Positions 35,910 through 46,246 of a stretch of DNA of 61,383 nt are shown piece by piece (positions within the stretch are counted from its first letter, which is position 1; every line of letters begins with the position of its first letter). Location of the stretch: positions 1-61,383 of IMG/VR virus record IMGVR_UViG_3300036833_000473, one strand, 5' to 3'. Position numbers and translations under genes: made by a program. This DNA is from a virus. Its lineage: Duplodnaviria > Caudoviricetes. Under the pieces are notes generated by a model. That model was not told the origin of the DNA. It searched no databases and saw only the letters and a program-made list of their open reading frames with translations.

Positions 35910-37843
35910 TCCAGAAGCTCCAGTTCCGCCCCGGGATCGTGCGCGAGCTGACCGACTACGCCAACACCGGCGGCTGGTACGACGCGGACAAAGTGCGTTT
36001 CAGAGCTGGCTGCCCGGAGAAGATCGGCGGCTGGCAGGCGGTGACGCCCGAAATTTTTCAGGGCAGCTGCCGCCAGCAGCACGAGTGGAGCACGCTCGCC
36101 GGAGTGCGCTATCTGGCGCTCGGGACTCACCTGAAGCTTTATATCCTGTGGGGTTCGGCTTATTACGACATCACGCCGATCCGCGCCACCTTCGGGCCCC
36201 TGCCGGCCGACACGGCCTCGGGCGGCGGTACGGTAGGGCCGTTCCTGACTTACCTGCGGCCCAACCAGATTGAGGTGCACGTGCCGGCCCACGGCCCGGC
36301 GGCCCCCGGCGATTTCGTGACGTTCTCGGGAGTGACGACCCCGGTCGATGTGTATCCCGTGGCCGAGCTGAACGGCGAGTTCCAGGTGGTCAGCGTGCCC
36401 GACAGCGACCACATCGTGATCGCCGGCACCGAAACCATGACCAACCCGGGAATCACCGGCGGCGGCGCCGGGGTGAACGCGACTTTCCAGATCGAGGTGG
36501 GAGCGGACGTGGCCATCATCGGCACCGGTTGGGGCGTGCCGCCCTGGGACGGCTACCAGGACCCGCCGATGACCAGTGCGCAGGCCACCGGCTGGGGAAC
36601 CAGCTTCGACCCGACCCTGTTGAGCCCGGCAGGCTATGACGTCAACCAGATCCGCCTCTGGGACCTGGACAACTTCGGCGAAGACCTGGTGGCCAACATC
36701 CGCCAGGGGCCGATTTACTACTGGCACCAGGCGCTCGGCCTGAACTCGCGCGCGCTGCCGCTGACGCAGAGCGTCACGGTGCCCAACCCGCCGGGCGCGG
36801 ATATTGTTTTTACGCCCGACAATCCGCCGAACTTCGCCACGCAGATTATCGTGAGCCCCAACGACCGGCATCTGATCGCGCTCGGCTGCGATGACATTGG
36901 CGCGACCGCGGCCGACCCCATGCTGGTGCGCTGGTCGGACGCGGAGAGCGCCTACACCTGGACGCCGACGCGTTCCAATTCCGCCGGCAGCCAGCGGCTC
37001 AGCCTGGGTTCGTTCATCGTTTGCGGCCTGCGCACGCGCCAGGAGATTCTGATCTGGACCGATTTAGGGCTGTGGAGTATGAAATACATTGCCACGCCCT
37101 ATATCTTTGGTTTCGATGTCGTGTCGGAGGGGCTGAGTATCATCGGGCCGAATGCCGGCATCAACGCGGCCAACGTGGTCTTCTGGATGGACCGCGGCAT
37201 TTTCTACAGCTATACCGGCCAGGTCCAGGAGTTGCCGTGCACCGTCAAGGACTACGTCTTTTCCAACCTGAATTACACGCAGCAGTACAAGATCTTCGCC
37301 GCGCACAACCATGCTTTCAGCGAAGTCCTCTGGTTCTATCCGAGCGCCGCCAGCAATGAGAACGATTCTTACGTGCTTTACAACTACGTCGATCAGACCT
37401 GGTCGATCGGCACGCTGGTGCGCACCAGCTGGCTCGACATGGGACGCAGCAATTACCCGACGGCAACCGACACCTTCGGCATTCTCTACTTCCACGAGCT
37501 GGGCGACGATGCCGGACCCGACCCGCTGGTGGCATATGTGGAAAGCTCCGACCTCGACGACTCGGGCGGCGACAAGTTTCTCTTCATGAGCCGCCTGTTG
37601 CCCGACGTCCTGTTCCGCGGCAACTCGCCGACCCAGACCGTGGGCGTCACCATCCTGGCCCGCAACACGCCGGGCTCGCTGAAGCAGACCGCCGCGCAGA
37701 TGACGATCGCACCCACCACGGTGCAGAAATTTGTCCGCGTCCGTGCGCGCCAGCTTTCGGTGCGCGTGGAAAGCGACGCTTTGGGCGTGGGCTGGCGCCT
37801 GGGAACTCTGCGCGCCGACCTGCAGCCGGACGGGCACCGCTGA
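35906..37843 (+). CDS. Tail nozzle / DNA stabilisation protein (P22 gp10-like role)
   Basis: GWYDADKVRFR.G.PEKIGGW, WDLDNFGEDL, VRWSD, WRLG.LR.D..PDG.R. Confidence 0.75.
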   Translation: MIQKLQFRPGIVRELTDYANTGGWYDADKVRFRAGCPEKIGGWQAVTPEIFQGSCRQQHEWSTLAGVRYLALGTHLKLYILWGSAYYDITPIRATFGPLPADTASGGGTVGPFLTYLRPNQIEVHVPAHGPAAPGDFVTFSGVTTPVDVYPVAELNGEFQVVSVPDSDHIVIAGTETMTNPGITGGGAGVNATFQIEVGADVAIIGTGWGVPPWDGYQDPPMTSAQATGWGTSFDPTLLSPAGYDVNQIRLWDLDNFGEDLVANIRQGPIYYWHQALGLNSRALPLTQSVTVPNPPGADIVFTPDNPPNFATQIIVSPNDRHLIALGCDDIGATAADPMLVRWSDAESAYTWTPTRSNSAGSQRLSLGSFIVCGLRTRQEILIWTDLGLWSMKYIATPYIFGFDVVSEGLSIIGPNAGINAANVVFWMDRGIFYSYTGQVQELPCTVKDYVFSNLNYTQQYKIFAAHNHAFSEVLWFYPSAASNENDSYVLYNYVDQTWSIGTLVRTSWLDMGRSNYPTATDTFGILYFHELGDDAGPDPLVAYVESSDLDDSGGDKFLFMSRLLPDVLFRGNSPTQTVGVTILARNTPGSLKQTAAQMTIAPTTVQKFVRVRARQLSVRVESDALGVGWRLGTLRADLQPDGHR

Positions 37844-38100
37844 TGGCGCGCCAGGTCAAACAGACGCTGCCCCAACCGCCGGCGGTCTACGACCAGGAGT
37901 ATATCGCGCGCCTGGCCAATGCCATCAATTCTTATATGTTCCAGGCGCAGGCGCTCGGCGAGGTGGTCGCCGGCCGGTTCATCATGACCGACCAGGTTAC
38001 GACCACCGTCGGCGCGGTAGTCGGAACCCTGTACCTGGTGGAATACCCGGCCGGTTCCGGCCAGCATTTCCTAAGCGTAGTAAAGGCGACCGATCCATGA
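37843..38100 (+). CDS. Hypothetical virion protein
   Basis: LPQPP.VYDQ.Y. Confidence 0.6.
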   Translation: MARQVKQTLPQPPAVYDQEYIARLANAINSYMFQAQALGEVVAGRFIMTDQVTTTVGAVVGTLYLVEYPAGSGQHFLSVVKATDP

Positions 38101-38123
38101 AACGAATTGAGGGGGACTGAGGG

Positions 38124-39056
38124 ATGAAACTTTCCGGATACACCAATCCAATCCGCAGCTTCGAGCGCAAGATGGCGCCCGACTACCCCAGCCGCGAGTT
38201 CCGCGACCCCGGCCTGCGCAGCGAGCGCTCTAGCGGCCTCGGCTCGCTGCACCACACCATGCCCCACCTGCGGCGCCTGACGGCGATCCACCTGCAAGGC
38301 GGCGGCGCGCTCAACCCGGTAGGCCAGGCTTACGCCAGTGCGCGGCCCAACCTGTACAACCCGGACCCGATGCACCGGCGGATCCTGGGCATCGACAAAC
38401 AGCTCGCGCAGCAGTACCGCAATCCGGCTTACACGGCGATGCCGCTTTCGGGCGCGCAGCTGCCTTATGCCGAAGGTGGCGAGGCCCCGGATGAAAGCCA
38501 GGCGCCGGACGAAGTCGAGCAGCTGATGGAGCCCGACGACCAGCTTTCCCCCGAGGAAGAGCAATTGAAACAGGTGGTGGTGGAAGCTCTTGCCGCGCTC
38601 GACGGCCAGCACCCGGATCCCAAGGAGGCGCTCGCCCACTTCATCGATACGTTCGGCCCGCTGGCCTTGCGCGACCTGCAGGAGATCGCCAGCCAGCGCG
38701 ATTCCGAAAACCAGGGGAACGCGCAGGGCGAAGAGGAAGAGGAAGGCGGCCTGCCGCCTGGCGGCGGGGGCGACGAGGGCGAGGCCGAGGGCGGCCTGCT
38801 CGAAGGGCCGGGCTCGGGGCAGAGCGACGACATCCCGGGCACCACGCCTTCGGGGAGGCCGGTGCGGCTCTCCGACGGCGAATACGTAATTGACGCGCCC
38901 ACGGTAGCTGCGTTGGGCGATGGGTCGAGCCGTTCTGGGGCGCGCCGTCTGGATGCCATGCGGGAGGAAATCCGCCGTCAGTCTTATGGCCACAACAAAC
39001 AGGCTAAGCCCATGAAAAAGGGCGGTCAGACGGTGGTGATCAAGCTTGGAAAATAA
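38124..39056 (+). CDS. Internal virion protein
   Basis: GPGSGQSDDIP...RLSDGEYVI...LGDGSS.SGARRL motif. Confidence 0.7.
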   Translation: MKLSGYTNPIRSFERKMAPDYPSREFRDPGLRSERSSGLGSLHHTMPHLRRLTAIHLQGGGALNPVGQAYASARPNLYNPDPMHRRILGIDKQLAQQYRNPAYTAMPLSGAQLPYAEGGEAPDESQAPDEVEQLMEPDDQLSPEEEQLKQVVVEALAALDGQHPDPKEALAHFIDTFGPLALRDLQEIASQRDSENQGNAQGEEEEEGGLPPGGGGDEGEAEGGLLEGPGSGQSDDIPGTTPSGRPVRLSDGEYVIDAPTVAALGDGSSRSGARRLDAMREEIRRQSYGHNKQAKPMKKGGQTVVIKLGK

Positions 39057-39261
39057 ACTCGTGCGGCGCCTGGATTACGTTTACGACAAGCTGCTGAAGG
39101 AGAAAATCGAGGATCTCAAGACGGATTTGGCGGGTAGCTCGGCCAAGGATTACGCCGGCTATCAGTACCTTTGTGGTCAAATTCATGGTATACGTTTTGC
39201 GATGGAATCTTTAATCGAGTTGCGCGAGCGCTCCGGGGTGGAGGAGGATCAGGACTCGTGA
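39046..39261 (+). CDS. Small head-module protein
   Basis: DYAGYQYLCGQIHGI; lies upstream of GroES. Confidence 0.65.
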   Translation: MENKLVRRLDYVYDKLLKEKIEDLKTDLAGSSAKDYAGYQYLCGQIHGIRFAMESLIELRERSGVEEDQDS

Positions 39262-39653
39262 CTCTGGTGAAAATTGACTGGGTCCCCGAGGCGGAAAGTA
39301 TTGCCGGCGTACTCGAGCCGGCAGGTTACCGTGTGCTGCTCCGCATTCCGAATCTCGAAGCGCAGATGAAAAAGCACGCCAACATCATCATGCCGGACGG
39401 GACCAGGCAGGCCGAAGAGGCGGCGCAACTGGTGGGCCAGGTGATTTCTCTGGGGCCGGACGCCTATGCGGACAAGGCCAAATTTCCGACCGGGCCCTGG
39501 TGCAAGCGGGGTGACTACGTCATGTTCCGCATGTACGCCGGAACGCATTTTTTGATGGGAGATCCGCCCCACCAGGTGCATTACCGGTTGATCAACGACG
39601 ACACCGTGCAGGCCGTGGTGCGCGGCGATCCCACCGAAATCGAAAGAGCGTAG
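39258..39653 (+). CDS. groES: Co-chaperonin GroES-like protein
   Basis: PAGYRVL, VISLGPDAY, GDYVMF..YAGT, RLINDD. Confidence 0.85.
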   Translation: MTLVKIDWVPEAESIAGVLEPAGYRVLLRIPNLEAQMKKHANIIMPDGTRQAEEAAQLVGQVISLGPDAYADKAKFPTGPWCKRGDYVMFRMYAGTHFLMGDPPHQVHYRLINDDTVQAVVRGDPTEIERA

Positions 39654-39655
39654 GC

Positions 39656-40642
39656 ATGGCTGACGAAGAGAAAGAACAAACCGGGACCGAAGAAGACGGC
39701 GGCATCACCGTGGAGGTAGCCGAAGAGAAGGGCGGCAAGCCCTCTCTCAGCGACGAAGAGATCGGCAAGCTCGAGAGCGTGCCGGCCGAGGATGAAATCG
39801 GCAAGTACACCAAAGATGCGCAGCGGCGCATCAAGAACCTGCATATTGCGGGCGAGGAATGGCGCCGGCGCAGCCGGCAGGCGAGCAAGGACGCGGCTAC
39901 GGCGACCTCGCTCGCCGAGCAGCTCTACCGCGAAAACCAGGAACTCAAACTTCAGCAGGGGCGCAGTGAAGCTGCCCTGATCGCGCAGGCCGTGGCGCGT
40001 GCCGAGGCGCAGCTGGCGCAGGCCCGGTCTAAAGCCAAGACTGCTTATGCCACGCAGGATCCCGATCAGATGGTGGCGGCCAACGAGGAAGTCGCCCGCT
40101 TCGTGGCGGAAGCCGATCGCCTGCGGCTGCTGAAGCCCGCTGAAGCTACCGGTGGCCCTCCTGGCGCGCCCGGTGCGGAGGCAGTTCCCGCGCCGCCGGT
40201 GCCGCGCCCGGTTAGCGATCGCGTCAGGGGTTGGATCGAGAAGAACCCCTGGTTCGGCAAGGCGGGCGAAGAAGAGATTACCGGCTTTGCGCTGGGTGTC
40301 CACCAGAGTCTCGAAAAGCAGGGTGTCACTGAGGAAGGCGACCCCGAGCAGTACTGGAATACGATCAACCGGCGTTTGAAGGAGAAGTTTCCCGAACGCT
40401 TCCAGGCGCCGGGGCGCACCGCGGTCACTAGCGTGGAAGAGCCGCGCCGGCCGGTGGCGGTCACTGCCGGCACGCGCACCAACGGCAGCGCGGGTGAGCC
40501 CCTGCGCGGCCGGCGCACCGTGGTGCTCAGCGAGAGCCAGGTGCGCATCGCCAAGGCACTCGACTTGACCAACGAGCAATATGCGGCGCAGCTGGTCAAA
40601 GAAGAGCAGAAACTGGAGCGGGAAAAGGGGAGGGTGCAGTGA
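39656..40642 (+). CDS. Scaffolding protein
   Basis: Acidic coiled coil, W.EKNPWFG, LSESQ..IAK.L.LT.EQYA. Confidence 0.7.
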   Translation: MADEEKEQTGTEEDGGITVEVAEEKGGKPSLSDEEIGKLESVPAEDEIGKYTKDAQRRIKNLHIAGEEWRRRSRQASKDAATATSLAEQLYRENQELKLQQGRSEAALIAQAVARAEAQLAQARSKAKTAYATQDPDQMVAANEEVARFVAEADRLRLLKPAEATGGPPGAPGAEAVPAPPVPRPVSDRVRGWIEKNPWFGKAGEEEITGFALGVHQSLEKQGVTEEGDPEQYWNTINRRLKEKFPERFQAPGRTAVTSVEEPRRPVAVTAGTRTNGSAGEPLRGRRTVVLSESQVRIAKALDLTNEQYAAQLVKEEQKLEREKGRVQ

Positions 40643-40751
40643 ACCTTCCGCCAAAAGATTTTCCTGCCGGCCAACTTGAGGAGGCAGTGTATCGCGCGGT
40701 TGGCCACTGCTTGCAGGAATGGGATAAGGCAAAGACAGGAGGGACGGTGTT

Positions 40752-41255
40752 ATGAATCTTCAGCCAAATGATCGCGCGCCGCGGGAAACCGGATCCCGCG
40801 AAAGCGAATCGCGCGAGGAGGCATGGACCGTGCCCTCCGCTTTGCCGGATCCCCATCAGCGGCCTGGGATGGTGCACCGCTGGGTGCGCACGTCCTCGAT
40901 GGGCCAGGCTGATCCGATCAATTACTCTCAGTCCGTCAGGGAGGGATGGAGCCCCGTTGTGGCGGCCGAATATCCCGAACTGAAAGTCCTGTCCGACCAT
41001 GGAACGCGCTGGCCGGACGGGGTGGAAGTGGGAGGCCTGCTGTTGTGCAGCGCGAATGCGGCTCACATGAAGGCTCGCCGGGAGCACTACCGCCTAATGA
41101 CGCTCGCCCAGATGAAATCGGTCAACGATCAGCTCGAGGCCGAAGAGGACCCGCGCCTGCGTACGATGTTCCGGAAGCACGAGACCACGGTGACCCGCGG
41201 CTTTGGCCCACAGGTGCGCGCGCGCAATGGGCCACCACCGAAACTCGATGAATAG
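40752..41255 (+). CDS. Conserved head-module protein
   Basis: W..PS.LP, HRWVR, REGW.PV, GGLLL. Confidence 0.7.
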   Translation: MNLQPNDRAPRETGSRESESREEAWTVPSALPDPHQRPGMVHRWVRTSSMGQADPINYSQSVREGWSPVVAAEYPELKVLSDHGTRWPDGVEVGGLLLCSANAAHMKARREHYRLMTLAQMKSVNDQLEAEEDPRLRTMFRKHETTVTRGFGPQVRARNGPPPKLDE

Positions 41256-41301
41256 CTGCGTCCAACGCTTGCGCGGCTAGCGATTTCAGGAGAACACCGC
41301 A

Positions 41302-41913
41302 ATGAGTGCCGTTGCCGGCCCTTACGGTCTCAGGATCGCGAGGATGCTGGGAGATACGCCTTTCTCGGGCGGCATGCACACCCTGCCCCTCACGGTCAAC
41401 CAGACCACTGGCCTTTTTTTCGGGGATCCTGTCGGACTTGTGGGCGGCCAGCCGGTGCCAATTACGGCCAGCCCCACGACCGCCATCGGCCCCAACAGCC
41501 CCATCGGAGTCTTCATGGGGTGCTCTTATCAGGATCCGGTCCGCGGATTCGTCAACTCCCAGTTCCTGCCGGCCAACCTGATCTCTGGCGGTGCCACCAG
41601 CGTCAGGATCAAGATCGCCGACTCTCCGTTCGTGGTGATGCAGATTCAGGCCAACGGATCGGTTCCGGCTACCGCGGCCGGCATGAACGCCGCGCTGGTG
41701 ATCAGCCCCGGCAGCACCGTGACCGGCAACAGCACGGTGGCGCTGGCCGTCGCGCCCGCGGCCACGGCCACTCTTGCCGTGCGTATTTACGATTTCGTGT
41801 ACAATGCGGCCCCTTCGCCGGGCGCGAGCTCCATGCCTGGCGACCCCTTCACCGATTGCCTGGTGGTCTGGAATTTCGGCGTCCACCGGTATCTCAACAG
41901 CACGGGACAGTAA
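41302..41913 (+). CDS. Capsid-associated protein
   Basis: PYGLR, FFGDPV, GVFMGCSY; directly upstream of the capsid gene. Confidence 0.65.
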   Translation: MSAVAGPYGLRIARMLGDTPFSGGMHTLPLTVNQTTGLFFGDPVGLVGGQPVPITASPTTAIGPNSPIGVFMGCSYQDPVRGFVNSQFLPANLISGGATSVRIKIADSPFVVMQIQANGSVPATAAGMNAALVISPGSTVTGNSTVALAVAPAATATLAVRIYDFVYNAAPSPGASSMPGDPFTDCLVVWNFGVHRYLNSTGQ

Positions 41914-41922
41914 GGAGGACTT

Positions 41923-42840
41923 ATGGCTATTTCTAGAGCACAACTGATGAAAGAGCTGGTCCCCGGACTCAACGCGCTGTTTGGTCTCGAATACGCACGC
42001 TACCAGGAAGAGCACAAGGAGATCTTCACCATTGAGAGTTCCGAGCGCTCCTTTGAAGAGGAAACCAAAGTCACCGGTTTCGGACCTGCGCCGGTAAAGC
42101 CGGAAGGCGAGGCCACGCAGTACGACGAGGCCCAGGAAACCTACACGGCGCGCTATACCCACGAGACCATCTCGATTGGCTTCAGCTTGACCGAAGAGGC
42201 TTTCGAAGACAATTTGTACGACTCGCTCAGCAAGCGCTACACCAAGGCGCTCGCGCGCAGCATGGCGCACACCAAGCAGGTCAAGGGCGCGGCCATTCTG
42301 AACAACGCCTTCAACGCCGCCTTCCCCGGCGGCGACGGCGTGTCGCTCTGCAACCTGCAGCATCCCCTGGTCATGGGCGGCGCTTACAACGCCAACGTGC
42401 CTTCGACCAACGCTGACCTCAACGAGACCTCGCTCGAGAACGCCGCCACGACCATCGCACTGTGGCTCGACGACCGCGGCCTGCTGATCGCTGGCAAGCC
42501 CCGCAAGCTGATCGTTCCGGCCGGCCTGGTCTTCACCGCCACGCGCCTCCTGCGCAGCCAGTACCGTACGGCCACCGCTGACAACGATATCTCGGCGATC
42601 TACACCAACGGCACCATTCCCGAGGGGTACGCGGTGAACCACTGGATCACCGATCCCAAGGCCTGGTACATCTGCACAGACATTCCTAACGGGCTGAAGA
42701 ATTTCACCCGCGTGCCCCTGCAGACCAAGGACGACCCGGACTTCGACACCGGCAACCTGCGTTACAAGGCGCGCGAACGCTACTCGTTCGGCTGGAGCGA
42801 TCCGCTGGGTATCTACGGCTCGCCCGGGGGCGGCGGGTAA
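41923..42840 (+). CDS. Major capsid protein
   Basis: MAISRAQLMKELVPGLNALFGLEY...YKARERYSFGWSDP. Confidence 0.9.
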   Translation: MAISRAQLMKELVPGLNALFGLEYARYQEEHKEIFTIESSERSFEEETKVTGFGPAPVKPEGEATQYDEAQETYTARYTHETISIGFSLTEEAFEDNLYDSLSKRYTKALARSMAHTKQVKGAAILNNAFNAAFPGGDGVSLCNLQHPLVMGGAYNANVPSTNADLNETSLENAATTIALWLDDRGLLIAGKPRKLIVPAGLVFTATRLLRSQYRTATADNDISAIYTNGTIPEGYAVNHWITDPKAWYICTDIPNGLKNFTRVPLQTKDDPDFDTGNLRYKARERYSFGWSDPLGIYGSPGGGG

Positions 42841-42912
42841 ACCGCATCGCCGGTGGGCAGCCGGCCGGCGCTAAGGGATCCCGAGAGCGGCTGCAGAAAA
42901 GGAAACCAAACG

Positions 42913-43374
42913 ATGGCACGAGGATATTTCGCAAGAATTACGCCGCTAGGTGGCGGCGGACGCCCGGATCAAGGACTTCCAGGAGAGCCGGGATACCCCG
43001 ACCAGGGGCTTCCGGGAGTTCCGCCAGAAGTATGGCCTGGCGAAGAAAGGCCAAGCCACCCGATTGTTCTGCCTCCACTTCCGGGGGTTTGGCCGCCTGC
43101 GGGAAAGCCTTCACTTCCAATCGTGATTCCACCGGAGATTTGGCCTGGGCCGCCCGTAGGGGAAGTAAGCCCTCCGATCTATATTCCAATCGGCCCGGAC
43201 AACACTCTGCCTCCGAACGTAGGCATTTGGCCGCCGCTTCCTCCCGATATCGGCCTGGAAGGAAAGGTGGCCATTTTGATTTACGTCGTGGGTGTCGGCA
43301 AAAGGTGGTTCATCGTGGATGTGCCGCCGCCGGCCGTCAATCCGACTCCCCCTCCCCGCCCTCAGCCTAAATGA
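42913..43374 (+). CDS. Proline-rich protein
   Basis: PDQGLPG x2, HPIVLPP, xWP repeats; RBS AAAGGA. Confidence 0.7.
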   Translation: MARGYFARITPLGGGGRPDQGLPGEPGYPDQGLPGVPPEVWPGEERPSHPIVLPPLPGVWPPAGKPSLPIVIPPEIWPGPPVGEVSPPIYIPIGPDNTLPPNVGIWPPLPPDIGLEGKVAILIYVVGVGKRWFIVDVPPPAVNPTPPPRPQPK

Positions 43375-43413
43375 CTGCAGGGCCTTAGGCTTCGCCTCAA
43401 AAGGTAGTACGCG

Positions 43414-43444
43414 AAACGCGGACGTGAAAGCGTCCGCGTTTTTT
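43414..43444 (+). terminator. Rho-independent terminator
   Basis: AAACGCGGACG-tgaaag-CGTCCGCGTTT plus T-tract, between convergent genes. Confidence 0.8.
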
Positions 43445-45965
43445 ATTGGGGCGGAACTTCGGGCGGCGCCGCGCTGGCGGCATCCTGCGCCATCTGGTTT
43501 TCCTTGAGAATGCGCTCCTCGGCGCCGGCGGCATGATCAAGCAGCGCCTTGTGCCGCTCGGTATTGGTGTCGGCCAAGTGGCGCGCCTGCGCGGCCTGCT
43601 CGCTGATCAGGTGGCGCGTCGATTCGGCCTGCACTTCCATCTGCGTGCGGCGTTCCTCGCTCGCCATCTGCGCGGAGGCGATCTGCCCCTTCTGCTGCGT
43701 GCGCGCACTCTCGAGCTGCAGCTTCGCCTGGTCGGTCTGCGCCTTCTGGTCCGCTGTCTTCTGCTTCAATTGCAGCTCGGCTTGCTGCTGCTGCACCAAG
43801 GGGTCCTGCTGCGCCTGTTGCGCCTGTTGCGCCTGCTGCGCCTGCTGGTTGATCCCGGTGAGCTTCTGTGCCGCGGCGGCGATCACGCTCGACAACTGCT
43901 CTTCCACTTCCGGGGGCAGTTTGGCGCCGAGCGGCGGCAGAGGCACGCCCATCTGCTGCTCGATTTCCCGGCGGTACTGGAAGGCCAGGTGCTCGTTGAG
44001 GTGCGCGTAGGAGGCCGACTGAATCGAGGGCGACAGCGGGTTCTGCGCCATGGCGGCCTTCATCTTGGGGTCGTCGGAATTGATCAGGCCCATGTGGACG
44101 ACGATGTGGCTGGCGTGATCCTGCCACTGGAAGGCCTTGACCGGCTTAGAGGTGAGCAGCGCCATGTTCTCCGCCACCGGGTCCATGGGCTCGACCGCGC
44201 TCTTGTCGGGCACGATCTGGTCGGCGTTGTCGATGCCCAGGACTTCCAGCATGGAGCGGTGCAGCAAGGGTAAGTTATAAAGTTGCGGCGCCTGGTTACT
44301 GAGCTGCAGCGCGGCCTGGTATTCCATCACGCGCTGCGCCATGGTGGAAGCGGCCGGGTCGCTCACCGGGACAATGGAAACCGACTGGTGGTAGTCGTTG
44401 TACTTCGCCGAGCGTGGCACATGGTTGGGCGGATCGTAGTCGTAGTCGCCGCCGGTGTGGTCGCGGATCAGCTCGGCCACGATGGCGAGCTCCCTGCCGA
44501 GCGCGGTGTGCATGCGCGACTGCACCGCGGTGATGACTTCGGTGGCGCGCTCGATCAAGGCCAGCATGGTGCCGACCGGCGCGTTCTGCGTGGATGCGCT
44601 CAGGTCGAGATCGGCGATCGAGGCGAAGCTCTTGCCCTCATCGACCAGCATCTGCAGCAGCTGAAAAAGAACGGCGCTCGGCTCTTTGTACGGCAAAAAC
44701 GCAATCGAGTCCAGGATCTTGCCGGCGGCCACGTCCACGTCGCGGAACTCGCCTGGCTGAATCGGATCGGCGTCTCCTTTAATGCGCAGGGTGCGCGACT
44801 TCAAGCCGCCGGGCAAATTACTCAGCGTGCCGGCGTCCACCAGCTGGCGCAGAATCGACGTCGAGGAGTGGCCGATGCCGCCAATCAGATGGATCAGGCC
44901 AAGGCCGTACGGACCCTTCCAGGGAACGTAGCGGTAGTGCACCCAGTTGAGCGTCTTGGCGTGTTCCAGGTCGCCCTGCCGCCAGTTGCGGTAGATCGAC
45001 AGAATCCGGTTGCTGTCCGATTCGAGCGTGATCACGTAGGGCAGCGGCTCGCCGTTCTCGAGAATCAAATCTGTGGTGACCTCCCACAGAGTGATCAGCT
45101 CGCTGCGGCTGTACGAGGGCGAGACGCCGCTCAGGCGGACCACCTTCTCTTCCAGGCTGTCCATCTCCACGGGCGAGCGGTTGAGCGCAATGTCGCGATA
45201 GAAGCCGATGGCCTGCAGGCGCCGTACATCGCCATAAGACTTCCTCATGACGTGGGTGTAGCGCGGACAGGTTTCTAAATTGGGAAACCCGAACGGCATC
45301 AGAAAATCGTTGGCCGGCACGAACTGTGCCACCGGCCGCTTGAGCAATGGATCGAAGCAGACTTTCTTGAAGGCCGAGCCATCGACGGGCAAGGCGAACA
45401 GCAATTGTTCGCTTTCGTCGCGATATTCCAGCATTTTGTCGGTCAGCCAGTAATTCAGATCTGAAGCTACCCTTTTGGCTTGCTGGATTTTCAGCTCATT
45501 ACTCTCGCCCACCACCTTGGCATTCGCCGGGCCTTCCGGTGGAAACAGGCGCGTGATCGATTTCGATTGAAATCGGACAGCGGCCTCCAAAATCATCGGG
45601 TGCACCACGCCGCAGGCACCGGGCCAGGGCATCTGCCGGTCTTCGTCTTTGATGCCCAATAAATCCATGCCTTTGGTGAGCGCGTCTTCCCAGTCGCGCC
45701 GGCTCGATTTGTCTTCATCCACGGCAAAGCGCAGATCGCTCGCGATGCTGCCGAGCAAATTATCTGGTAAATACTCCGCCAGGTTGGCGCCGAAGGGCGC
45801 CTTCTCAAGAGCGCGTTCCTCGGCGGGGCCGTCCAGCGAAACCTCGACCGAGCCGTCGGGGAGTTCTACACTGGCGCCATTGGGCGGTGGAGTTAAATCG
45901 AGAACCGCGCTGGCCAGGCCATGGTGAGCGCCATTGGGGGGCGAGAGTAAGGGCCGGTCAAACAT
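43443..45965 (-). CDS. Portal protein
   Basis: FGANLAEYL, PWPGACGVVHP, GSAFKK, LRQLVDAGTLSNLPGG, PVGT.LALIE; Q-rich barrel tail. Confidence 0.88.
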   Translation of the reverse strand: MFDRPLLSPPNGAHHGLASAVLDLTPPPNGASVELPDGSVEVSLDGPAEERALEKAPFGANLAEYLPDNLLGSIASDLRFAVDEDKSSRRDWEDALTKGMDLLGIKDEDRQMPWPGACGVVHPMILEAAVRFQSKSITRLFPPEGPANAKVVGESNELKIQQAKRVASDLNYWLTDKMLEYRDESEQLLFALPVDGSAFKKVCFDPLLKRPVAQFVPANDFLMPFGFPNLETCPRYTHVMRKSYGDVRRLQAIGFYRDIALNRSPVEMDSLEEKVVRLSGVSPSYSRSELITLWEVTTDLILENGEPLPYVITLESDSNRILSIYRNWRQGDLEHAKTLNWVHYRYVPWKGPYGLGLIHLIGGIGHSSTSILRQLVDAGTLSNLPGGLKSRTLRIKGDADPIQPGEFRDVDVAAGKILDSIAFLPYKEPSAVLFQLLQMLVDEGKSFASIADLDLSASTQNAPVGTMLALIERATEVITAVQSRMHTALGRELAIVAELIRDHTGGDYDYDPPNHVPRSAKYNDYHQSVSIVPVSDPAASTMAQRVMEYQAALQLSNQAPQLYNLPLLHRSMLEVLGIDNADQIVPDKSAVEPMDPVAENMALLTSKPVKAFQWQDHASHIVVHMGLINSDDPKMKAAMAQNPLSPSIQSASYAHLNEHLAFQYRREIEQQMGVPLPPLGAKLPPEVEEQLSSVIAAAAQKLTGINQQAQQAQQAQQAQQDPLVQQQQAELQLKQKTADQKAQTDQAKLQLESARTQQKGQIASAQMASEERRTQMEVQAESTRHLISEQAAQARHLADTNTERHKALLDHAAGAEERILKENQMAQDAASAAPPEVPPQ

Positions 45966-46200
45966 TCAAAGAAAAGGCGGCGGGGAGTCTAGCGTCCCGC
46001 CGCGCTAAATGTCTCCAACAAAGCCAATCAAGGCTCGCCTCATTGTAGCCTTCACGGCTGTGGATTTCCCTGTGGAAAATCTGTGCAAATCAAGCAAAGT
46101 TGGGGGCTGTTGAAATCTGTGCAAATTTAGGAAATCTTTGAGGCTTAACTGGCTTCGTGATGGAACATGCACTCGATTGCTATATGAGCTGAAAAAGGTG

Positions 46201-46230
46201 TTGACATAAATCGAGTGGCAGAGTCAGAAT
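46201..46230 (+). promoter_or_regulatory. Sigma70-like promoter
   Basis: TTGACA-18-CAGAAT upstream of ATG 46247. Confidence 0.55.
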
Positions 46231-46246
46231 CAAGTCCAACAATCCA

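Noticed and set aside
46020-46031. AAAGCCAATCAA shared with 53902-53913
   Set aside because: Only two copies, in opposite orientation relative to the downstream virion genes
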